Source: a virus (lineage: Duplodnaviria; Heunggongvirae; Uroviricota; Caudoviricetes). From it: a stretch of 4,506 bases of DNA. The position numbers and the translations under genes are program-made. The notes beneath the pieces are model-generated. The model was not told the origin of the DNA, did no database searches, and worked only from the letters and a program-made list of their open reading frames with translations. The stretch lies in the IMG/VR virus record IMGVR_UViG_2585427793_000002, positions 1-4,506 of that record; one strand, written 5' to 3'. Below are positions 1 through 4,421 of this stretch, piece by piece. Numbering within the stretch: the stretch's first letter is position 1; each line of letters opens with the position of its first letter.

Positions 1-619
1 GCCAGACCGAGCCTTCAATACGTTTGTCGCCAAGGAACGTCGGAGAGCCTTCCTGTTCAATATCCTCATCAAAGGCAGCAAGTTCATCATAACCCGCCAC
101 ATCCACCGACTTTTCACGGTAGTTTTTTGCCGCTTTACCGCCCAGGCACCAGAAGCCACGACCATTGGAAAAACGCTTCATAGTGAGCGTGTTATCCCGG
201 TGCTTTTTGCCATACCACGGAGCCAGCGCCAGCAGCGACGGAATATCGCGGATGGTCGGCTCAACGTGGGTTTTCATAAAGTTCTCGGCATCACCATCCG
301 TCGGCAACCAGATAAGGGTGTTGCGCTGCTTATGCTCTATAAAGTAGGCATAAACACCCAGCAGCATTTTGGAATAACCGACACGGGCAGACTTCACCAC
401 ATTCACCTCACGGATGTAGTCGCTGCCCATCGCATTCATGATGGCCCGCTGAAAGGGCAGTGTTTCCCAGCGCCCTTCCTGGTATGCGGATTCTTTCGGG
501 AGATAGTAATTAGCATCCGCCCATTCAACGGCGGTCTGTGGCTCCGGCCTGAACAGTGAGCGAAGCCCGGCGCGGACAAAATGCCGCAGCCTGTTAACCT
601 GACTGTTCGATATATTCAC
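1..619 (-). CDS. A: Terminase large subunit gpA, N-terminal 206 codons (rest of gene lies beyond window position 1)
   Basis: Reverse complement from the GTG at 619..617 translates to (V/M)NISNSQVNRLRHFVRAGLRSLFRPEPQTAVEWADANYYLPKESAYQEGRWETLPFQRAIMNAMGSDYIREVNVVKSARVGYSKMLLGVYAYFIEHKQRN... and leaves the window as ...FDEDIEQEGSPTFLGDKRIEGSVW, matching lambda gpA as I recall it. The GTG start lies 26 nt inside the 3' end of Nu1, as in lambda. The ORF runs off the window edge, so it is absent from the supplied ORF track. Confidence 0.93.
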   Translation of the reverse strand, partial: MNISNSQVNRLRHFVRAGLRSLFRPEPQTAVEWADANYYLPKESAYQEGRWETLPFQRAIMNAMGSDYIREVNVVKSARVGYSKMLLGVYAYFIEHKQRNTLIWLPTDGDAENFMKTHVEPTIRDIPSLLALAPWYGKKHRDNTLTMKRFSNGRGFWCLGGKAAKNYREKSVDVAGYDELAAFDEDIEQEGSPTFLGDKRIEGSVW

Positions 620-1139
620 TCAGCAACCCCGGTATCAGTTCATCCAGCGCGGCTGCTTTGTTCATGGCTTTGATGATATCCCGTTTCAGGAAATCAACAT
701 GTCGGTTTTCCAGTTCCGGAAAACGCCGCTGCACCGACAGGGGGATCCCGTCGAGAATACTGGCAATTTCACCTGCGATCCGCGACAGCACGAAAGTACA
801 GAATGCGGTTTCCACCACTTCAGCGGAGTCTCTGGCATTCTTCAGTTCCTGTGCGTCGGCCTGCGCACGCGTAAGTCGATGGCGTTCGTACTCAATAGTC
901 CCTGGCTGGAGATCTGCCTCGCTGGCCTGCCGCAGTTCTTCAACCTCCCGGCGCAGCTTTTCGTTCTCAATTTCAGCATCCCTTTCGGCATACCATTTTA
1001 TGACGGCGGCAGAGTCATAAAGCACCTCATTACCCTTGCCACCGCCTCGCAGAACGGGCATTCCCTGTTCCTGCCAGTTCTGAATGGTACGGATACTCGC
1101 ACCGAAAATGTCAGCCAGCTGCTTTTTGTTGACTTCCAT
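594..1139 (-). CDS. Nu1: Terminase small subunit gpNu1 (181 aa, complete)
   Basis: ORF-track protein MEVNKKQLADIFGASIRTIQNWQEQGMPVLRGGGKGNEV...LLSEYIEQSG is lambda Nu1 essentially residue for residue (one L->I at ...ILDGIPLSV..., from memory). ATG at 1139..1137 is preceded by the lambda-type leader GTCCGTGGAATGAACA. It lies directly downstream of cosB. Confidence 0.96.
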   Translation of the reverse strand: MEVNKKQLADIFGASIRTIQNWQEQGMPVLRGGGKGNEVLYDSAAVIKWYAERDAEIENEKLRREVEELRQASEADLQPGTIEYERHRLTRAQADAQELKNARDSAEVVETAFCTFVLSRIAGEIASILDGIPLSVQRRFPELENRHVDFLKRDIIKAMNKAAALDELIPGLLSEYIEQSG

Positions 1140-1164
1140 TGTTCATTCCACGGACAAAAACAGA

Positions 1165-1278
1165 GAAAGGAAACGACAGAGGACAAAAAGCCCGTTTTCA
1201 GCATCTGTCGTTTCCTTTCTTTTCAGGGGGTGTTTTAAATAAAAACATTAAGTTACGGCGAAGAAGAACGGAAACGCC
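1165..1278. other. cosB terminase (gpNu1) binding region: R1, R2, IHF site I1 region, R3
   Basis: Three copies of the R-element core CGTTTCC/GGAAACG: R1 1165..1180 (rc TCTGTCGTTTCCTTTC), R2 ~1205..1218 (rc AAAGGAAACGACAG), R3 1263..1278 (rc GGCGTTTCCGTTCTTC). An AT-rich block at ~1230..1258 (rc ...TAACTTAATGTTTTTATTTAAAA...) sits where lambda has the IHF site I1. Sequence and spacing follow lambda cosB as recalled, with a few SNPs and a 1-nt indel between R2 and R1. Confidence 0.8.
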
Positions 1279-1311
1279 TTAAACCGGAAAATTTTCATAA
1301 ATAGCGAAAAC

Positions 1312-1333
1312 CCGCGCGCCTTCCGCCCCGTGG
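1312..1333. other. cosN (terminase nicking site) region, variant sequence
   Basis: Placed by position next to R3. Reverse complement of 1311..1331 reads ACG GGGCGG AAGGCG CGCGGG, versus lambda ACG GGGCGG CGACCT CGCGGG (memory). The segment equivalent to the 12-nt cohesive end is 1317..1328. Actual nick positions cannot be established from sequence. Confidence 0.6.
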
Positions 1334-1682
1334 CAGGCCACCCCACCGGAAGGACCCTCACAAATGAGAGCGTTTGTCATTAACATTTACAGATAAGATG
1401 ACGTACATCATTGAAACGCCATTCAGCCATATACCGGCAGCATTCGTAGTTGCACTCCGTAACTCTGCGACTAAGGTTAAAAACATGGCCCTCTTTTGCC
1501 ACCGGCAAATCTTCAATGGATTTCCCCTGCCGGTTTTTTATTTTCGTCGATGCATAACATTGCATTTACATCAATAGCGGCTATTGTCATTAGTATGTTG
1601 CATCAATGCATGGGTGGTATTGGCGGTCTTCGCCGGCCGCTTCTGTGTAGCTGCTCCCTGTGACCGGTTTTTTATTTCTCAC

Positions 1683-1719
1683 ATTACAGCAACCCCTTAG
1701 AGTGAAGGGCTGCTGTAAT
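1683..1719. other. Stable stem-loop (about 14 bp stem, 6-nt loop) just 3' of the 131-aa gene; not a canonical terminator
   Basis: ATTACAGCAACCCCTT (1683..1698) pairs with AAGGGCTGCTGTAAT (1705..1719) with one mismatch and one bulge around loop AGAGTG. It starts 6 nt downstream of the stop at 1725..1727 on the - strand. No T/U tract follows it on either strand. Confidence 0.5.
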
Positions 1720-1724
1720 GCCTG

Positions 1725-2120
1725 TTACTCACGAATCAGGCGAGCACTCTTACTATTCATTTCAATACGCGAATACTGCGGTTTACCATCAATGATGTCT
1801 GTCATTACGAACACCTCACCCGGCTGCAGTTCAACTGCACCTTCCGGTAATTTCATACCGGCAAATACCGGACAACCCGGATGACGATCATCTTCTGTTG
1901 CTTCCAGCATTGACTCACCAAACCACTCCGTCGTGGCGCGACCATCAGCTGCTTTGTAGTGGATCAAGTACTGGTTTTCGCCATCCGCATACTGCGCGCG
2001 GGCTTTAACCTCACCCCATTCATCACTGATACGCATCTCCACCAGTTGAGACAACTCAAACTTAAACGGAGCAGCATCAGCACCAATTACAATCGGTTTG
2101 TTTTCTGTTTTTTCCATCAT
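1725..2120 (-). CDS. Hypothetical acidic protein (131 aa), function unknown
   Basis: ORF-track ORF 1725..2168 trimmed to the tandem ATG ATG at 2120..2115 (MMEKTENKPIVIG...), which is preceded by AGGAGA (rc of 2124..2129). The upstream ATG at 2168 has no Shine-Dalgarno. By my count 24 Asp+Glu versus 15 Lys+Arg; no TM segment, no signal peptide, no motif I recognise. Confidence 0.7.
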   Translation of the reverse strand: MMEKTENKPIVIGADAAPFKFELSQLVEMRISDEWGEVKARAQYADGENQYLIHYKAADGRATTEWFGESMLEATEDDRHPGCPVFAGMKLPEGAVELQPGEVFVMTDIIDGKPQYSRIEMNSKSARLIRE

Positions 2121-2291
2121 CGTCTCCTGATATCGAAGCCCGTCGCCGCACCGGGCACTGATCAACATTTGAGTATTCGCGGCGACAGAAAGAATTTATT
2201 TTATTGAGTAGCCACAAACACAGAATTTCATGCTTACCGGACGCTGGCGCATCCTTCATTTTTCAGCAAAATATTCTGCTCTTACAGGCGA

Positions 2292-2474
2292 TCAGTTCTG
2301 CAGACACTGCCGAACACCGTCGACAATTTCACAGACCTGAGACGCGGTATCGAAAAGCTGGCGCGCCTTATCCAGGCTGACGCACCCCACCAATAAAAAA
2401 GGCACCAGTATCGCTACCAGTGCCCGTTTCACCGCCGTTCGCGGCATTCTGTGTGTCCAGTGTTTTCGCGCCAT
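2292..2474 (-). CDS. Putative small lipoprotein (60-aa precursor, ~30-aa mature)
   Basis: N-terminus MARKHWTHRMPRTAVKRALVAILVPFLLVG|C has a basic n-region, hydrophobic core and lipobox L-V-G-C (Cys31). The mature part CVSLDKARQLFDTASQVCEIVDGVRQCLQN has three Cys. The ATG at 2474 is 1 nt after the stop of the upstream 37-codon ORF and preceded by GGTGGTGAT. Confidence 0.55.
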   Translation of the reverse strand: MARKHWTHRMPRTAVKRALVAILVPFLLVGCVSLDKARQLFDTASQVCEIVDGVRQCLQN

Positions 2475-2475
2475 A

Positions 2476-2589
2476 TCACCACCAACGCACAGCCCAAATC
2501 AGAACAGCGACCGCCACAAGGCGAATTGCAAAGGCCGCAGCCCTTGTCAAATCAAGGCTCGCGGGAGTTTCCATTTCAATACCTTTCAT
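2476..2589 (-). CDS. Putative 37-aa membrane mini-protein (MKGIEMETPASLDLTRAAAFAIRLVAVAVLIWAVRWW)
   Basis: Found by hand translation; below the ORF-track size cut-off. ATG at 2589..2587 with GAGG 9 nt upstream; C-terminal hydrophobic helix; TGA stop at 2478..2476 sits 1 nt before the lipoprotein ATG, suggesting translational coupling. The short length makes it uncertain. Confidence 0.3.
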   Translation of the reverse strand: MKGIEMETPASLDLTRAAAFAIRLVAVAVLIWAVRWW

Positions 2590-2671
2590 AATGGACAACC
2601 TCAAAAAGAATCTTTTATACTTTCCCACGAGGATTTTCTCCCTACTCACTAATCACAATTTCCCCTTTGAC

Positions 2672-2719
2672 GTGAAAACTAAAAACCCCGGACTGTTCCC
2701 CCAGCCGGGGTTTTGTTTT
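2672..2719. terminator. Bidirectional rho-independent terminator immediately downstream of the endolysin gene
   Basis: GC-rich inverted repeat CCCCGG...CCGGGG (2686..2710; about 9 bp stem with one bulge) flanked by AAAAA (2681..2685) on the left and TTTTGTTTT (2711..2719) on the right. On the - strand the hairpin is followed by UUUUUAGUUUU and on the + strand by UUUUGUUUU. It begins 11 nt after the endolysin stop codon. Confidence 0.72.
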
Positions 2720-2721
2720 AC

Positions 2722-3099
2722 TTATCGCTTCAGCTGAAAGTGAGGTCCGTCTTTCAGCGTTTTCCAGTCCCCGCCCCATTCGATAGCGATCCCCAGCTCT
2801 GCGGCAGCCTGCTTAAATGCCTGTGCGATTTTCTCGTACAGAGGCCACTCCCATGACACCTGACTGCCAATGTAGGCCACAACATCCACCGCATCACCGG
2901 TCAGGTGGCGGCTGTTCATGGTCTGGCTTTTCCCTTCCGCAACCAGCTGTTTCTGGCGATACTTACTGCGCAGGCCTTCCGTAATACCGAAATCAACCTC
3001 CGTCAGCTCCAGCGCACGGCGAACTACAGCAACCAGCTGTGGTTTGACACCCTCCAGATTTTTTTCACTGCGACGGCTGAATCTGAATTTACCCGGCAT
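2722..3099 (-). CDS. Endolysin, L-alanyl-D-glutamate endopeptidase (peptidase M15 family, phage T5 Lys-like)
   Basis: 125 aa from the ATG at 3099 (GAGGTG 5 nt upstream; the ORF-track start at 3105 is a GTG two codons earlier). It carries a Zn-ligand pattern typical of M15 peptidases, SRHLTGDAVD ... WGGDW ... DGPHF, and overall resembles the small T5-type endolysin as I recall it. No signal peptide or SAR domain, consistent with holin-dependent release. It is the last gene of the cassette before the terminator. Confidence 0.85.
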   Translation of the reverse strand: MPGKFRFSRRSEKNLEGVKPQLVAVVRRALELTEVDFGITEGLRSKYRQKQLVAEGKSQTMNSRHLTGDAVDVVAYIGSQVSWEWPLYEKIAQAFKQAAAELGIAIEWGGDWKTLKDGPHFQLKR

Positions 3100-3101
3100 A
3101 T

Positions 3102-3377
3102 TCACCTCAACAATGGAAAGATTTTTGTGACGTTCCCGCGTGCGCGTATCACCAGCACGCAGAACAGCAGATTAAAAAACACTTCCAGCCAGCCCGTTGC
3201 TAACGGGCGACCACACAGATAGCTGAGGGGCGCAAAGGCATACAGCAGCATCAGCAGCCAGGCCAGCCATGACACCAGCGGTTTATGTCTGGAATCACGG
3301 CGACGATAAAAAAAGAGCGTCAGCACGATAACCGTGCATAACGCCACATTCAGCAATCCGGGAAGGTTACTTAACAT
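3102..3377 (-). CDS. Small 3-TM membrane protein of the lysis cassette (putative holin or antiholin), 91 aa
   Basis: ORF-track ORF 3102..3431 trimmed to the internal ATG at 3377..3375 (MLSNLPGLLNVALCTVIVLTLFFY...), which has a strong GGAGGAGG box 5-8 nt upstream; the track start at 3431 would overlap the upstream gene by 65 nt. Three hydrophobic helices and a basic C-terminus (RARGNVTKIFPLLR). Its TGA stop (3104..3102) abuts the endolysin start. Confidence 0.6.
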   Translation of the reverse strand: MLSNLPGLLNVALCTVIVLTLFFYRRRDSRHKPLVSWLAWLLMLLYAFAPLSYLCGRPLATGWLEVFFNLLFCVLVIRARGNVTKIFPLLR

Positions 3378-3759
3378 TGCCGCCTCCTCCACCCCGCAGG
3401 CGGGAGAACACACCGGACACCAGCGATGCAATATCCTGCTGGTGGATGAACGAGAGAATCTTCACCGACACCACCGAGACCAGCACCGCGCAAAGCGCAT
3501 CTGCTGATGTACCGTCATACCCTGTTTTTGATGCAATCCAGGCTGACAGCACACGCGCTCCCAGCACGCCGACAATAAACGACACCAGAAAATGTGCCAC
3601 CACGCGCCAGACTGAAAGTGACTGTGGCATCGTTGCCACAAATAACGCCCCGGCGAACGCGCCAAACACAATCCCGAAATCCATTCCGGTAAACAGCCCG
3701 AATACCGTCGCGCCACCCAGCGCCGCAGCCGTGCCGGAACCGGATAAGGGTTCAGACAT
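3367..3759 (-). CDS. Gly/Ala-rich 4-TM membrane protein, putative holin (130 aa)
   Basis: ATG at 3759 preceded by AGGAGG (rc of 3764..3769). About four hydrophobic helices (TAAALGGATVFGLFTG, FGIVFGAFAGALFVA, VVAHFLVSFIVGVLGARVL, ALCAVLVSVVSVKILSFI) and a Gly-rich charged tail. It is the first gene of a cassette ending in an endolysin, and its 3' end overlaps the next gene by 11 nt. Holin role is inferred from context, not homology. Confidence 0.65.
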   Translation of the reverse strand: MSEPLSGSGTAAALGGATVFGLFTGMDFGIVFGAFAGALFVATMPQSLSVWRVVAHFLVSFIVGVLGARVLSAWIASKTGYDGTSADALCAVLVSVVSVKILSFIHQQDIASLVSGVFSRLRGGGGGNVK

Positions 3760-3815
3760 ACTTCCTCCTGAAAATAAAAAAGGGCCACCAGCGACCCGTA
3801 AAAAAACACCCCGTC

Positions 3816-3837
3816 AAAGGCATCCGCAGATGCCTTT
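3816..3837. other. Perfect hairpin (9-bp stem, 4-nt loop) in the spacer between the small ORF and the holin gene
   Basis: AAAGGCATC (3816..3824) - CGCA - GATGCCTTT (3829..3837). On the - strand RNA the stem is followed by GACGGGGUG and only then U7, so it is not a textbook intrinsic terminator. Confidence 0.45.
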
Positions 3838-3846
3838 TGTGTGATG

Positions 3847-3999
3847 TTATTCAGATTTACGCAGTAAAGGCCGGAGCACGACCAGCGCCATCACCACCAG
3901 CACACCATCTGCCAGCACCGACATCAGTCGTCCGGTGAAATCAACCACCACTACCAGAAACAACAGGATGACAGCCAGCACAAGGCGCGCACTTTTCAC
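3847..3999 (-). CDS. Putative 50-aa two-helix membrane protein (GTG start), translationally coupled to the TerB-like gene
   Basis: Found by hand translation; below the ORF-track size cut-off: (M)KSARLVLAVILLFLVVVVDFTGRLMSVLADGVLVVMALVVLRPLLRKSE. The GTG at 3999..3997 overlaps the upstream TGA stop (GTGA), with GGAG 8 nt upstream. Two hydrophobic helices and a charged C-terminus. No ATG start with a comparable ribosome-binding site. Confidence 0.35.
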   Translation of the reverse strand: MKSARLVLAVILLFLVVVVDFTGRLMSVLADGVLVVMALVVLRPLLRKSE

Positions 4000-4421
4000 A
4001 GGTACTGCTCCAGCGGCAACTGCAGCGCCTGCGCAATTTTCTTCAGTTGCGCTTCTTCTTCCTGAGCGATACCGTCCTGGTCAGCGATATCCAGACACAG
4101 GCACAGCACATTAACTGCATCATCAGTACCGGCAACATCAGCCAGCTGACGAAGAGCTTCGGCATTGGCAGAACGCGGCGACGCTTCATAACGGGCGCGG
4201 ATATTTGCACTCATTTGTGCAATCTCACCGGAGAACGGCGCAAAGGCAGGAAGTGCTGCAATGGTTTTTTCCAGTACCGCGATTTCTTTCGCGTCACAGG
4301 TGCCGTCAGCGTATGCAATGGAGTACGCGCCCCAGACGGTCGCCTCCACTGCGTCACGGTTCTCCATCTTCTTCACTTCGGTAATGGCCTTGCGGGTTTT
4401 CTTTTTGAAAATACCAAACAT
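3996..4421 (-). CDS. TerB-like (tellurite-resistance TerB family) helical protein, 141 aa
   Basis: ATG at 4421 with AAGGA about 9 nt upstream. The N-terminus MFGIFKKK and two 'hydrophobic-x-DG-x(3-5)-acidic' repeats (AYADGTCDAKEIAVLEK and ADQDGIAQEEEAQLKKIAQALQL) follow the pattern I recall for TerB (compare SDGNFDDDEKSAVREIARSLGF in plasmid TerB). Assignment is by pattern recognition only. Confidence 0.7.
   Translation of the reverse strand: MFGIFKKKTRKAITEVKKMENRDAVEATVWGAYSIAYADGTCDAKEIAVLEKTIAALPAFAPFSGEIAQMSANIRARYEASPRSANAEALRQLADVAGTDDAVNVLCLCLDIADQDGIAQEEEAQLKKIAQALQLPLEQYL

Noticed and set aside
165-559. + strand ORFs 165..347 and 200..559
   Set aside because: Lie entirely antisense to the well-supported terminase large-subunit gene A; no ribosome-binding sites, no recognisable features.
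658-1238. + strand ORFs 658..1020 and 699..1238, and - strand ORF 998..1204
   Set aside because: Antisense to or out of frame with Nu1, and running through cosB; these are shadow ORFs of a GC-rich, well-characterised region.
1374-1577. + strand ORF 1374..1577 (TTG start; ATG at 1398) and - strand ORF 1380..1565 (Cys-rich 61 aa)
   Set aside because: Neither has a Shine-Dalgarno sequence; they overlap each other, and the + ORF reads through the terminator-like hairpin at 1501..1545. More likely non-coding regulatory DNA, though a small protein cannot be fully excluded.
2121-2168. Upstream in-frame extension of the 131-aa gene to the ATG at 2168 (ORF-track start)
   Set aside because: No Shine-Dalgarno before 2168, whereas the ATG ATG at 2120 has AGGAGA; the extension MLISARCGDGLRYQET is probably untranslated leader.
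1660-2259. + strand ORFs 1660..1884 and 1959..2207, and - strand ORF 2077..2259
   Set aside because: Overlap the 131-aa gene in antisense or alternative frame; no ribosome-binding site (ATG at 2259 is preceded by TTGCTGAAAA).
2292-2474. Calling the small lipoprotein lambda Rz1 (o-spanin)
   Set aside because: Mature part is not proline-rich and there is no full-length Rz partner or embedded arrangement; kept as a generic lipoprotein, with the spanin idea listed only as a hypothesis.
2420-2737. + strand ORF 2420..2737
   Set aside because: Antisense across the lipoprotein/mini-ORF pair and the terminator; the product is low-complexity and unconvincing.
2905-3222. + strand ORFs 2905..3222 and 2918..3130
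   Set aside because: Antisense to the endolysin gene, which has a clear catalytic motif in the other strand.
3378-3431. Extended start of the 3-TM protein at 3431 (ORF-track start)
   Set aside because: Would overlap the upstream holin-like gene by 65 nt; the internal ATG at 3377 has a strong GGAGG box, so the shorter 91-aa product is preferred.
3377-3844. + strand ORF 3377..3844 (Pro/Thr/Ala-rich 155 aa) and - strand ORF 3462..3809
   Set aside because: Antisense to or out of frame with the holin-like gene; composition is the mirror of a Gly/Ala-rich membrane gene, which is typical shadow-ORF behaviour.
3760-3846. tRNA or late promoter/qut in the spacer upstream of the holin
   Set aside because: Only 87 bp with a single simple hairpin; no cloverleaf possible and no convincing -35/-10 pair. 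Q and pR' presumably lie upstream of the window.
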